A stretch of DNA of 64,000 nucleotides from Monocercomonoides exilis PA203. Its lineage: Eukaryota > Protista > Preaxostyla. The DNA lies in contig LSRY02000022.1 of the NCBI GenBank assembly GCA_001643675.2, positions 62,001 to 126,000 of the forward strand, given 5' to 3'. A model generated the notes under the pieces. It saw only the letters and a list, made by a program, of their open reading frames with translations, was not told the DNA's origin and ran no database searches. This document shows, piece by piece, positions 25,621 to 40,700 of the stretch (position 1 is its first letter; each line of letters begins with the position of its first letter). The position numbers and the translations under genes are program-made.

Positions 25621-28578
25621 TTGTTGTTGTTGTTTGGCAAGCATAATGCGAGGCTCCAACCAAAGTCTCCTTCCTCTTCCTCTTCCTCTTCATCATATTC
25701 TTCTTCTTCTTCTTCTGTTTCTTCATCTCCCATTGCTACCTCCTCCTCATGTTCAGCATTCAGCCATATGAAGAGGAAGAGACAAATGGAGTCTCAACCC
25801 AAGCAAACACACAAATCTAATAAGTCTGACAACGCTCACGAAGCTCACGAAGCTCACGAAGCTCACAAGGTTCGTAAGGTACAGAAATCACGTGCGCATC
25901 GAAGCCATCGGAGCCATCATCGATCTCCTCATTCGCACAGAAGCCATCGCAATTGCAGAAGACATTTGCCCTTGAAGTATTACACAAGCCAACAGCAACG
26001 CAAGGCACATTCGATTGGGCCATCTGTGGGGATTGGATATTCCAGCAGGGAATCAACGTCATCGGTGGCAGGTGTGGGGAAGGGGGAAGGCAGCACAGGA
26101 GAGGGGATAATGCGAAATGTTTTGGAGGGACAGAAGCAGAGAGGCCGTGCAAGGGAGATGGAAATGAGCAGCATGAGGTTTGCGGCACACGAGAGGGGAG
26201 ATAAACACACTTCTCTATTTCGTTCAGATGGCCAGAAAAAGAGAAAGAATTCATCAAGAAATATGAATGGGAAAAGAAAGAAGGAGAAGGATGAAAGGAC
26301 AAGGAGAGACGAGAGGGATCAGAAAGGGTTGCATTCGTCTTATTCTTCGATTTCTTCATCGCCATTGCCTGTTCCTCGTTCACCCAGCTCTTTTTTTGGA
26401 ACAACCATTTCGCGTTCTTCTTTCTCTCCTTCTATTTCGTTCTGCTCTATTGGCAAGCAGTCTACGAGCAGTGTGAGCAAAAGTCGTAGGCGCAGCAGAT
26501 TGTTGGGGGATCTTGAGCATTCACACAAATCCTATCAGAGCAAACACAGACACAGACATGGGCACAGACGCAGACGCAGACACAGACACAAGCATCGCGG
26601 TGGCGATTCAGATGGTGGCAGAACGGAGCACATGGACGAGGGCCTTCGGCATGGACACATCGGCAGGCGTCAAAAGCGAAAAGAAAAGAAAGAAGAGGAA
26701 AGCGATTCATCATGTCATGGTAAAAGAAGAAAGGAGAAAAGAGGGGGAAAGGAAGGAAGAAGGAAGAGGGAAGAGGGAAAAGAGGATGAAAGCGATCGAA
26801 ATGAGCAGTCAAAATGCGATTTGCGGTTTGATTCAAGAAAGTTGCCAACTCCTTGGTCTCAGCATCATCTGCAGCAAAAATTGCTCTCCTCTCAAAGTTC
26901 TTTTTCCCCAACACCTTCAGCACCTTCAGCACCTTCAGCACCTTCAGCACCTTCAGCACCTTCAGCACCTTCAGCACCTTCAGCACCTTCAGCACCTTCA
27001 GCTCCTCCGGCTCCTCCGGCACTTCCGCCACTGCCTCCGTATCCGCCTCTTCCTCTTCCGCCTCCTCCTTCTTTCAACCTGCCAAATTCCTCATCTTCAA
27101 CAATTCCAGCAGCTGAACAAAATTCTTTCTCTTTTTCTCCTTCTTCAGATAGTCCTGTTGGAATGGAGCGCTTCCCTTTCCACACGCCGTCTGTTCGCTC
27201 ACAGACCTTCTCCTATCTTTCGCGCATGGGAGAGGGCACTTCGCTGAACATGGGGATTGTTCCGCTAGGGAAGACAAAGATGCGTTCTACAACATCACAG
27301 CTTCGAGTGAGGAGCGTAGAGGGAAAAGGAAAGGAAGGAGGGCAGATGGCCACGGTGGGATCTGCAGACGATGCGAATGGCGATAAAGAGAAAAACGAAG
27401 AGGAAGAGGAAAGGCGGAGAAGAAGGTGTGGGAAGACGGAAATGGAGGATAGAGGTTGCAATGGAGGAGAAAGGAGCAGACGAGATGAGACAGAAGAAGG
27501 TGTCTCTGGTTGTGTTCGTGAATCACAATCATCAGCATCATCGGGTTCATCTGCATCGAGTGGTGTTCAGGCAGACATGGCATCAGCAGCAAGTGTGCCA
27601 TCTGCTGGCAACACCACAAACACCACCACACAAAGCGTGTCGGCTGCTTCGGCGTGCCTTCCATTTGGCTCGACAACATCCCCAAAGGCAGGTGATGCGG
27701 CATTCGGCTCTCGTCCCGATGCATTGCACCATCTGGATGCACTTTCTGAGCCCACGAGTGTTGCCAACACATCCACCCATCCCCTTTCACCTTCTCCGTC
27801 TTCTTCTGTCTCTCCTGTGTAGCTTGCATCACCAATGTCGCCTGTGTCTCCTGTGTCTCCGCGCTCTCCTCCGTTTTCTCCTTCGCCTTTATCACCGACA
27901 TCATCCCTTCCATCCACAGCTGTTCTGGGTGCATCGCATTATTTCTATTCCTCTCAACTGTCCCCTTCTTCGTCTTCTTCGTCTTCTTCGTCTTCTTCGT
28001 CTTCTTCGTCTTCTTCATCTTCCTCCTCCTCATCCAACTCGTCTTCTTTGCTCCCGGCAGCGTCTGCCTCGTATTTCTCGACGTCGTTCATTCCGTCTAT
28101 TTCGTCGACGTCGTTCATCATGTCTTCGCATCAGATGTCGACATTCAGCACGACTTTTGCTCCGTCGTCGTCAAGTTCGTCCTTTCCCAGCTCATCTTTT
28201 TCGTCTCTTGTATCATCTTCGACGCTGCCGCAGTATTCTTCATCGTCTTCTTCGATTGGTGCGAGCACGCCATCCTAAACATCGCCTGCAGCGCTGGAGA
28301 TCACATCAGACTCGTCAGTTGGCAACATGCTTCCATCAGAGAAGCAAACAACAACCGCTTCCTCTTCCTTTTCTTCCTCCTCCTTATCCTCTTCATCCTC
28401 TTCATCCTCTTCATCTTTCCCTTCCTCATTCACTTCATCAGCGTCTGACTCCTCGAGTAACTCGCCAAAAGACACATTTCACCCATCCTTTCCACCTGGC
28501 ACCCCTTCAGAGACTTTTCATAAGAAAATTGCATTTGGGAATGAAACTTGCTTTCGGAATGCTCTAACACAGTTTTAA
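25621..28578 (+). pseudogene. Low-complexity Ser/Arg/His/Pro-rich reading frame interrupted by two in-frame stops
   Basis: ORFs 25621-27822, 27835-28278 and 28327-28578 share one frame, separated by TAG and TAA. No recognisable domain; start uncertain. Confidence 0.45.
26912..27000. repeat. 9-bp minisatellite (CACCTTCAG)n encoding APS repeats
   Basis: About 10 tandem copies, directly visible. Confidence 0.95.
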
Positions 28579-28777
28579 AGGCTCTAAACACACACAGTGC
28601 ACCAAACAATTCAAATAAATTTAAATGAAAAAGATAAAAAAAACCAAAGTCATTTGAACCAAAAAAAATTTATTTTTGAGCGAAACAATTATGAAACCTT
28701 AATTCAACAACAATGAAATAGAAATAAATCACAAATTGATCTTCATGTTTAAAGAAGAGATGAAACAATTAAAAATT

Positions 28778-31700
28778 ATGAATTTTATACTTTATTTGTT
28801 TCTATTCCGAATAATCAGTCATACCAATTGTAATATTCTAAATAATGCACAACATTCACAAAACTATAATGTATATGTGCAAAGTGGAGAGGAAATGGAA
28901 ACGCCAGATGGAACAAAAGCAAAACCATATAGATCTATGAAAACTGCTTATGAGCAGCTTACAGGAGATGAAGAAACAGGAGGATATGTCATTAAAGTTA
29001 TAACAGCAGCTGGATTGCTTACAGTGGAAGCCAATACGTTTGCAAAAAAGACAGGAATTACGATAGAAGGAGTGGACAATGCAGCAGTAGAAGAAGAAAC
29101 AAACACAAAAGTGGAGATCAACTACGGCGCTACTCTTGAAACAGATCTGTTCACATGCAAAGAAATGGTGACATTCAAGCATTTGGTGTTTGGCTTCTCA
29201 GCAACATCTGGACAAACTGAAGGCGTATTCGCTCTTATTCATGCTGCTGAGGGATCGGTTTCTCTAACAATTGAGACCTGCGAGTTTAAGCGACCTGGAT
29301 CTGGGGACAATATTGGAATCCATCTTGTGAGAGTGAGTGCAGGTTCATTGACAATGACTGGAGTTGGTTGTGCAGATGAGGAAAATGTGGCTTCATTCAC
29401 AGCAACGCCATTTTTAGTTGACGGAACAACATCAACAGTAACATTGACCGGATTGAATCTGGAGAAGATTACATCAAGTTCAAGTGCTGTGATGAAAATC
29501 ACAAGTACAAGTGAGGTTGAGATTTCATTGAATAAATGCACATTTACAGAATGTACTTCAAGCGATACTACAACAGCGACAAGTGGAGCACTTTATGTTG
29601 AAAGCGAAAATGCTGGAAGCACTTTTACTATTGGAGGCACAGACAAAACGACATTTACTTCGTGCACTTGTACCAATGGGAAATCAGGTGGGATATATCT
29701 GAAAATGACAGGAATTGCAGGTGAGAAACAATTGAGCTGGGGCACTGGTGTAAAATTGGAGTTTAGTGAGTGCACTGCAACAGGGTCAAAGAGTACAGGA
29801 TTGTATCTTGAAGTACCCGTTAATCTTCATGAGAACATAGCCGCAACCATGAAATCAAGTTTTGCACAAAATTACAAACGAACTAGCCATGAGAGTGTTG
29901 TTGTTGCAAAAGGAGAAAATAATATCGAAGTTGATTTCACTGCAAAATATTTCGATCCAGAAGAACCGCCAGCATCTCCTTCAACAATGGCATATGTGCA
30001 AAGTGGAGAGGAAATGGAAACGCCAGATGGAACAAAAGCAAAACCATATAGATCTATGAAAACTGCTTATGAGCAGCTTACAGGAGATGAAGAAACAGGA
30101 GGATATGTCATTAAAGTTATAACAGCAGCTGGATTGCTTACAGTGGAAGCCAATACGTTTGCAAAAAAAGACAGGAATTACGATAGAAGGAGTGGACAAT
30201 GCAGCAGTAGAAGAAGAAACAAACACAAAAGTGGAGATCAACTACGGCGCTACTCTTGAAACAGATCTGTTCACATGCAAAGAAATGGTGACATTCAAGC
30301 ATTTGGTGTTTGGCTTCTCAGCAACATCTGGACAAACTGAAGGCGTATTCGCTCTTATTCATGCTGCTGAGGGATCGGTTTCTCTAACAATTGAGACCTG
30401 CGAGTTTAAGCGACCTGGATCTGGGGACAATATTGGAATCCATCTTGTGAGAGTGAGTGCAGGTTCATTGACAATGACTGGAGTTGGTTGTGCAGATGAG
30501 GAAAATGTGGCTTCATTCACAGCAACGCCATTTTTAGTTGACGGAACAACATCAACAGTAACATTGACCGGATTGAATCTGGAGAAGATTACATCAAGTT
30601 CAAGTGCTGTGATGAAAATCACAAGTACAAGTGAGGTTGAGATTTCATTGAATAAATGCACATTTACAGAATGTACTTCAAGCGATACTACAACAGCGAC
30701 AAGTGGAGCACTTTATGTTGAAAGCGAAAATGCTGGAAGCACTTTTACTATTGGAGGCACAGACAAAACGACATTTACTTCGTGCACTTGTACCAATGGG
30801 AAATCAGGTGGGATATATCTGAAAATGACAGGAATTGCAGGTGAGAAACAATTGAGCTGGGGCACTGGTGTAAAATTGGAGTTTAGTGAGTGCACTGCAA
30901 CAGGGTCAAAGAGTACAGGATTGTATCTTGAAGTACCCGTTAATCTTCATGAGAACATAGCCGCAACCATGAAATCAAGTTTTGCACAAAATTACAAACG
31001 AACTAGCCATGAGAGTGTTGTTGTTGCAAAAGGAGAAAATAATATCGAAGTTGATTTCACTGCAAAATATTTCGATCCAGAAGAACCGCCAGCATCTCCT
31101 TCAACAATGGCATATGTGCAAAGTGGAGAGGAAATGGAAACGCCAGATGGAACAAAAGCAAAACCATATAGATCTATGAAAACTGCTTATGAGCAGCTTA
31201 CAGGAGATGAAGAAACAGGAGGATATGTCATTAAAGTTATAACAGCAGCTGGATTGCTTACAGTGGAAGCCAATACGTTTGCAAAAAAAGACAGGAATTA
31301 CGATAGAAGGAGTGGACAATGCAGCAGTAGAAGAAGAAACAAACACAAAAGTGGAGATCAACTACGGCGCTACTCTTGAAACAGATCTGTTCACATGCAA
31401 AGAAATGGTGACATTCAAGCATTTGGTGTTTGGCTTCTCAGCAACATCTGGACAAACTGAAGGCGTATTCGCTCTTATTCATGCTGCTGAGGGATCGGTT
31501 TCTCTAACAATTGAGACCTGCGAGTTTAAGCGACCTGGATCTGGGGACAATATTGGAATCCATCTTGTGAGAGTGAGTGCAGGTTCATTGACAATGACTG
31601 GAGTTGGTTGTGCAGATGAGGAAAATGTGGCTTCATTCACAGCAACGCCATTTTTAGTTGACGGAACAACATCAACAGTAACATTGACCGGATTGAATCT

Positions 31701-34700
31701 GGAGAAGATTACATCAAGTTCAAGTGCTGTGATGAAAATCACAAGTACAAGTGAGGTTGAGATTTCATTGAATAAATGCACATTTACAGAATGTACTTCA
31801 AGCGATACTACAACAGCGACAAGTGGAGCACTTTATGTTGAAAGCGAAAATGCTGGAAGCACTTTTACTATTGGAGGCACAGACAAAACGACATTTACTT
31901 CGTGCACTTGTACCAATGGGAAATCAGGTGGGATATATCTGAAAATGACAGGAATTGCAGGTGAGAAACAATTGAGCTGGGGCACTGGTGTAAAATTGGA
32001 GTTTAGTGAGTGCACTGCAACAGGGTCAAAGAGTACAGGATTGTATCTTGAAGTACCCGTTAATCTTCATGAGAACATAGCCGCAACCATGAAATCAAGT
32101 TTTGCACAAAATTACAAACGAACTAGCCATGAGAGTGTTGTTGTTGCAAAAGGAGAAAATAATATCGAAGTTGATTTCACTGCAAAATATTTCGATCCAG
32201 AAGAACCGCCAGCATCTCCTTCAACAATGGCATATGTGCAAAGTGGAGAGGAAATGGAAACGCCAGATGGAACAAAAGCAAAACCATATAGATCTATGAA
32301 AACTGCTTATGAGCAGCTTACAGGAGATGAAGAAACAGGAGGATATGTCATTAAAGTTATAACAGCAGCTGGATTGCTTACAGTGGAAGCCAATACGTTT
32401 GCAAAAAAAGACAGGAATTACGATAGAAGGAGTGGACAATGCAGCAGTAGAAGAAGAAACAAACACAAAAGTGGAGATCAACTACGGCGCTACTCTTGAA
32501 ACAGATCTGTTCACATGCAAAGAAATGGTGACATTCAAGCATTTGGTGTTTGGCTTCTCAGCAACATCTGGACAAACTGAAGGCGTATTCGCTCTTATTC
32601 ATGCTGCTGAGGGATCGGTTTCTCTAACAATTGAGACCTGCGAGTTTAAGCGACCTGGATCTGGGGACAATATTGGAATCCATCTTGTGAGAGTGAGTGC
32701 AGGTTCATTGACAATGACTGGAGTTGGTTGTGCAGATGAGGAAAATGTGGCTTCATTCACAGCAACGCCATTTTTAGTTGACGGAACAACATCAACAGTA
32801 ACATTGACCGGATTGAATCTGGAGAAGATTACATCAAGTTCAAGTGCTGTGATGAAAATCACAAGTACAAGTGAGGTTGAGATTTCATTGAATAAATGCA
32901 CATTTACAGAATGTACTTCAAGCGATACTACAACAGCGACAAGTGGAGCACTTTATGTTGAAAGCGAAAATGCTGGAAGCACTTTTACTATTGGAGGCAC
33001 AGACAAAACGACATTTACTTCGTGCACTTGTACCAATGGGAAATCAGGTGGGATATATCTGAAAATGACAGGAATTGCAGGTGAGAAACAATTGAGCTGG
33101 GGCACTGGTGTAAAATTGGAGTTTAGTGAGTGCACTGCAACAGGGTCAAAGAGTACAGGATTGTATCTTGAAGTACCCGTTAATCTTCATGAGAACATAG
33201 CCGCAACCATGAAATCAAGTTTTGCACAAAATTACAAACGAACTAGCCATGAGAGTGTTGTTGTTGCAAAAGGAGAAAATAATATCGAAGTTGATTTCAC
33301 TGCAAAATATTTCGATCCAGAAGAACCGCCAGCATCTCCTTCAACAATGGCATATGTGCAAAGTGGAGAGGAAATGGAAACGCCAGATGGAACAAAAGCA
33401 AAACCATATAGATCTATGAAAACTGCTTATGAGCAGCTTACAGGAGATGAAGAAACAGGAGGATATGTCATTAAAGTTATAACAGCAGCTGGATTGCTTA
33501 CAGTGGAAGCCAATACGTTTGCAAAAAAAGACAGGAATTACGATAGAAGGAGTGGACAATGCAGCAGTAGAAGAAGAAACAAACACAAAAGTGGAGATCA
33601 ACTACGGCGCTACTCTTGAAACAGATCTGTTCACATGCAAAGAAATGGTGACATTCAAGCATTTGGTGTTTGGCTTCTCAGCAACATCTGGACAAACTGA
33701 AGGCGTATTCGCTCTTATTCATGCTGCTGAGGGATCGGTTTCTCTAACAATTGAGACCTGCGAGTTTAAGCGACCTGGATCTGGGGACAATATTGGAATC
33801 CATCTTGTGAGAGTGAGTGCAGGTTCATTGACAATGACTGGAGTTGGTTGTGCAGATGAGGAAAATGTGGCTTCATTCACAGCAACGCCATTTTTAGTTG
33901 ACGGAACAACATCAACAGTAACATTGACCGGATTGAATCTGGAGAAGATTACATCAAGTTCAAGTGCTGTGATGAAAATCACAAGTACAAGTGAGGTTGA
34001 GATTTCATTGAATAAATGCACATTTACAGAATGTACTTCAAGCGATACTACAACAGCGACAAGTGGAGCACTTTATGTTGAAAGCGAAAATGCTGGAAGC
34101 ACTTTTACTATTGGAGGCACAGACAAAACGACATTTACTTCGTGCACTTGTACCAATGGGAAATCAGGTGGGATATATCTGAAAATGACAGGAATTGCAG
34201 GTGAGAAACAATTGAGCTGGGGCACTGGTGTAAAATTGGAGTTTAGTGAGTGCACTGCAACAGGGTCAAAGAGTACAGGATTGTATCTTGAAGTACCCGT
34301 TAATCTTCATGAGAACATAGCCGCAACCATGAAATCAAGTTTTGCACAAAATTACAAACGAACTAGCCATGAGAGTGTTGTTGTTGCAAAAGGAGAAAAT
34401 AATATCGAAGTTGATTTCACTGCAAAATATTTCGATCCAGAAGAACCGCCAGCATCTCCTTCAACAATGGCATATGTGCAAAGTGGAGAGGAAATGGAAA
34501 CGCCAGATGGAACAAAAGCAAAACCATATAGATCTATGAAAACTGCTTATGAGCAGCTTACAGGAGATGAAGAAACAGGAGGATATGTCATTAAAGTTAT
34601 AACAGCAGCTGGATTGCTTACAGTGGAAGCCAATACGTTTGCAAAAAAGACAGGAATTACGATAGAAGGAGTGGACAATGCAGCAGTAGAAGAAGAAACA

Positions 34701-37700
34701 AACACAAAAGTGGAGATCAACTACGGCGCTACTCTTGAAACAGATCTGTTCACATGCAAAGAAATGGTGACATTCAAGCATTTGGTGTTTGGCTTCTCAG
34801 CAACATCTGGACAAACTGAAGGCGTATTCGCTCTTATTCATGCTGCTGAGGGATCGGTTTCTCTAACAATTGAGACCTGCGAGTTTAAGCGACCTGGATC
34901 TGGGGACAATATTGGAATCCATCTTGTGAGAGTGAGTGCAGGTTCATTGACAATGACTGGAGTTGGTTGTGCAGATGAGGAAAATGTGGCTTCATTCACA
35001 GCAACGCCATTTTTAGTTGACGGAACAACATCAACAGTAACATTGACCGGATTGAATCTGGAGAAGATTACATCAAGTTCAAGTGCTGTGATGAAAATCA
35101 CAAGTACAAGTGAGGTTGAGATTTCATTGAATAAATGCACATTTACAGAATGTACTTCAAGCGATACTACAACAGCGACAAGTGGAGCACTTTATGTTGA
35201 AAGCGAAAATGCTGGAAGCACTTTTACTATTGGAGGCACAGACAAAACGACATTTACTTCGTGCACTTGTACCAATGGGAAATCAGGTGGGATATATCTG
35301 AAAATGACAGGAATTGCAGGTGAGAAACAATTGAGCTGGGGCACTGGTGTAAAATTGGAGTTTAGTGAGTGCACTGCAACAGGGTCAAAGAGTACAGGAT
35401 TGTATCTTGAAGTACCCGTTAATCTTCATGAGAACATAGCCGCAACCATGAAATCAAGTTTTGCACAAAATTACAAACGAACTAGCCATGAGAGTGTTGT
35501 TGTTGCAAAAGGAGAAAATAATATCGAAGTTGATTTCACTGCAAAATATTTCGATCCAGAAGAACCGCCAGCATCTCCTTCAACAATGGCATATGTGCAA
35601 AGTGGAGAGGAAATGGAAACGCCAGATGGAACAAAAGCAAAACCATATAGATCTATGAAAACTGCTTATGAGCAGCTTACAGGAGATGAAGAAACAGGAG
35701 GATATGTCATTAAAGTTATAACAGCAGCTGGATTGCTTACAGTGGAAGCCAATACGTTTGCAAAAAAGACAGGAATTACGATAGAAGGAGTGGACAATGC
35801 AGCAGTAGAAGAAGAAACAAACACAAAAGTGGAGATCAACTACGGCGCTACTCTTGAAACAGATCTGTTCACATGCAAAGAAATGGTGACATTCAAGCAT
35901 TTGGTGTTTGGCTTCTCAGCAACATCTGGACAAACTGAAGGCGTATTCGCTCTTATTCATGCTGCTGAGGGATCGGTTTCTCTAACAATTGAGACCTGCG
36001 AGTTTAAGCGACCTGGATCTGGGGACAATATTGGAATCCATCTTGTGAGAGTGAGTGCAGGTTCATTGACAATGACTGGAGTTGGTTGTGCAGATGAGGA
36101 AAATGTGGCTTCATTCACAGCAACGCCATTTTTAGTTGACGGAACAACATCAACAGTAACATTGACCGGATTGAATCTGGAGAAGATTACATCAAGTTCA
36201 AGTGCTGTGATGAAAATCACAAGTACAAGTGAGGTTGAGATTTCATTGAATAAATGCACATTTACAGAATGTACTTCAAGCGATACTACAACAGCGACAA
36301 GTGGAGCACTTTATGTTGAAAGCGAAAATGCTGGAAGCACTTTTACTATTGGAGGCACAGACAAAACGACATTTACTTCGTGCACTTGTACCAATGGGAA
36401 ATCAGGTGGGATATATCTGAAAATGACAGGAATTGCAGGTGAGAAACAATTGAGCTGGGGCACTGGTGTAAAATTGGAGTTTAGTGAGTGCACTGCAACA
36501 GGGTCAAAGAGTACAGGATTGTATCTTGAAGTACCCGTTAATCTTCATGAGAACATAGCCGCAACCATGAAATCAAGTTTTGCACAAAATTACAAACGAA
36601 CTAGCCATGAGAGTGTTGTTGTTGCAAAAGGAGAAAATAATATCGAAGTTGATTTCACTGCAAAATATTTCGATCCAGAAGAACCGCCAGCATCTCCTTC
36701 AACAATGGCATATGTGCAAAGTGGAGAGGAAATGGAAACGCCAGATGGAACAAAAGCAAAACCATATAGATCTATGAAAACTGCTTATGAGCAGCTTACA
36801 GGAGATGAAGAAACAGGAGGATATGTCATTAAAGTTATAACAGCAGCTGGATTGCTTACAGTGGAAGCCAATACGTTTGCAAAAAAGACAGGAATTACGA
36901 TAGAAGGAGTGGACAATGCAGCAGTAGAAGAAGAAACAAACACAAAAGTGGAGATCAACTACGGCGCTACTCTTGAAACAGATCTGTTCACATGCAAAGA
37001 AATGGTGACATTCAAGCATTTGGTGTTTGGCTTCTCAGCAACATCTGGACAAACTGAAGGCGTATTCGCTCTTATTCATGCTGCTGAGGGATCGGTTTCT
37101 CTAACAATTGAGACCTGCGAGTTTAAGCGACCTGGATCTGGGGACAATATTGGAATCCATCTTGTGAGAGTGAGTGCAGGTTCATTGACAATGACTGGAG
37201 TTGGTTGTGCAGATGAGGAAAATGTGGCTTCATTCACAGCAACGCCATTTTTAGTTGACGGAACAACATCAACAGTAACATTGACCGGATTGAATCTGGA
37301 GAAGATTACATCAAGTTCAAGTGCTGTGATGAAAATCACAAGTACAAGTGAGGTTGAGATTTCATTGAATAAATGCACATTTACAGAATGTACTTCAAGC
37401 GATACTACAACAGCGACAAGTGGAGCACTTTATGTTGAAAGCGAAAATGCTGGAAGCACTTTTACTATTGGAGGCACAGACAAAACGACATTTACTTCGT
37501 GCACTTGTACCAATGGGAAATCAGGTGGGATATATCTGAAAATGACAGGAATTGCAGGTGAGAAACAATTGAGCTGGGGCACTGGTGTAAAATTGGAGTT
37601 TAGTGAGTGCACTGCAACAGGGTCAAAGAGTACAGGATTGTATCTTGAAGTACCCGTTAATCTTCATGAGAACATAGCCGCAACCATGAAATCAAGTTTT

Positions 37701-40700
37701 GCACAAAATTACAAACGAACTAGCCATGAGAGTGTTGTTGTTGCAAAAGGAGAAAATAATATCGAAGTTGATTTCACTGCAAAATATTTCGATCCAGAAG
37801 AACCGCCAGCATCTCCTTCAACAATGGCATATGTGCAAAGTGGAGAGGAAATGGAAACGCCAGATGGAACAAAAGCAAAACCATATAGATCTATGAAAAC
37901 TGCTTATGAGCAGCTTACAGGAGATGAAGAAACAGGAGGATATGTCATTAAAGTTATAACAGCAGCTGGATTGCTTACAGTGGAAGCCAATACGTTTGCA
38001 AAAAAGACAGGAATTACGATAGAAGGAGTGGACAATGCAGCAGTAGAAGAAGAAACAAACACAAAAGTGGAGATCAACTACGGCGCTACTCTTGAAACAG
38101 ATCTGTTCACATGCAAAGAAATGGTGACATTCAAGCATTTGGTGTTTGGCTTCTCAGCAACATCTGGACAAACTGAAGGCGTATTCGCTCTTATTCATGC
38201 TGCTGAGGGATCGGTTTCTCTAACAATTGAGACCTGCGAGTTTAAGCGACCTGGATCTGGGGACAATATTGGAATCCATCTTGTGAGAGTGAGTGCAGGT
38301 TCATTGACAATGACTGGAGTTGGTTGTGCAGATGAGGAAAATGTGGCTTCATTCACAGCAACGCCATTTTTAGTTGACGGAACAACATCAACAGTAACAT
38401 TGACCGGATTGAATCTGGAGAAGATTACATCAAGTTCAAGTGCTGTGATGAAAATCACAAGTACAAGTGAGGTTGAGATTTCATTGAATAAATGCACATT
38501 TACAGAATGTACTTCAAGCGATACTACAACAGCGACAAGTGGAGCACTTTATGTTGAAAGCGAAAATGCTGGAAGCACTTTTACTATTGGAGGCACAGAC
38601 AAAACGACATTTACTTCGTGCACTTGTACCAATGGGAAATCAGGTGGGATATATCTGAAAATGACAGGAATTGCAGGTGAGAAACAATTGAGCTGGGGCA
38701 CTGGTGTAAAATTGGAGTTTAGTGAGTGCACTGCAACAGGGTCAAAGAGTACAGGATTGTATCTTGAAGTACCCGTTAATCTTCATGAGAACATAGCCGC
38801 AACCATGAAATCAAGTTTTGCACAAAATTACAAACGAACTAGCCATGAGAGTGTTGTTGTTGCAAAAGGAGAAAATAATATCGAAGTTGATTTCACTGCA
38901 AAATATTTCGATCCAGAAGAACCGCCAGCATCTCCTTCAACAATGGCATATGTGCAAAGTGGAGAGGAAATGGAAACGCCAGATGGAACAAAAGCAAAAC
39001 CATATAGATCTATGAAAACTGCTTATGAGCAGCTTACAGGAGATGAAGAAACAGGAGGATATGTCATTAAAGTTATAACAGCAGCTGGATTGCTTACAGT
39101 GGAAGCCAATACGTTTGCAAAAAAAGACAGGAATTACGATAGAAGGAGTGGACAATGCAGCAGTAGAAGAAGAAACAAACACAAAAGTGGAGATCAACTA
39201 CGGCGCTACTCTTGAAACAGATCTGTTCACATGCAAAGAAATGGTGACATTCAAGCATTTGGTGTTTGGCTTCTCAGCAACATCTGGACAAACTGAAGGC
39301 GTATTCGCTCTTATTCATGCTGCTGAGGGATCGGTTTCTCTAACAATTGAGACCTGCGAGTTTAAGCGACCTGGATCTGGGGACAATATTGGAATCCATC
39401 TTGTGAGAGTGAGTGCAGGTTCATTGACAATGACTGGAGTTGGTTGTGCAGATGAGGAAAATGTGGCTTCATTCACAGCAACGCCATTTTTAGTTGACGG
39501 AACAACATCAACAGTAACATTGACCGGATTGAATCTGGAGAAGATTACATCAAGTTCAAGTGCTGTGATGAAAATCACAAGTACAAGTGAGGTTGAGATT
39601 TCATTGAATAAATGCACATTTACAGAATGTACTTCAAGCGATACTACAACAGCGACAAGTGGAGCACTTTATGTTGAAAGCGAAAATGCTGGAAGCACTT
39701 TTACTATTGGAGGCACAGACAAAACGACATTTACTTCGTGCACTTGTACCAATGGGAAATCAGGTGGGATATATCTGAAAATGACAGGAATTGCAGGTGA
39801 GAAACAATTGAGCTGGGGCACTGGTGTAAAATTGGAGTTTAGTGAGTGCACTGCAACAGGGTCAAAGAGTACAGGATTGTATCTTGAAGTACCCGTTAAT
39901 CTTCATGAGAACATAGCCGCAACCATGAAATCAAGTTTTGCACAAAATTACAAACGAACTAGCCATGAGAGTGTTGTTGTTGCAAAAGGAGAAAATAATA
40001 TCGAAGTTGATTTCACTGCAAAATATTTCGATCCAGAACAACCACCTAAACCACCTACTCAAATTTCAATTGTTTATGTTAAGTATAATGCTGAAAGCTC
40101 TGGTTTATCATTCAATGAACCAATTGGAAGTTTAATGAGTGCATACAATTTATTCTCTTTCTCATCAAATTTGAAGATGTATTCGATGAGAATAATTGCT
40201 AACGATGATATGATAAAGGCTGAAACAATATCTTTTGAGAGAAGTGAACAATTGACAATTGAAGGAATTATTAATGCTGAAGGAAAGAATGAAATTGCAA
40301 AGATGGATTGCAAGATTAATTCAGGAAGTAATTTGTTCACATGCAAAAAGAGTGTTACTTTCAAATACCTGTCATTTGCTTTTCCATTGTCATTGAAATC
40401 AAACGGAAAGAGTCAGTTTAATGAGGTGACAGATTCGCTGGCATTGATTGTCTCAGAGGGTGGAGATTCAAAGCTCACAATAAATGATTGTGTATTTGTT
40501 CGACCAAATGCAAAGGCAAATGAGGGAGAGAACATTGCAGACATTCATCTTGTGAAGGTGAAAGCAGGAGATGTGAGTTTGGAAACAGTGAGCTGTGTTG
40601 ATGGGGAAAGCAAAGCTTCATTCCAAAAGCCTCTGATAGATATTGAAGGAGCGAAAAGAGTGATACTGAAGGGAGTAAAGGTGAGCAATGTTGAAGTTGA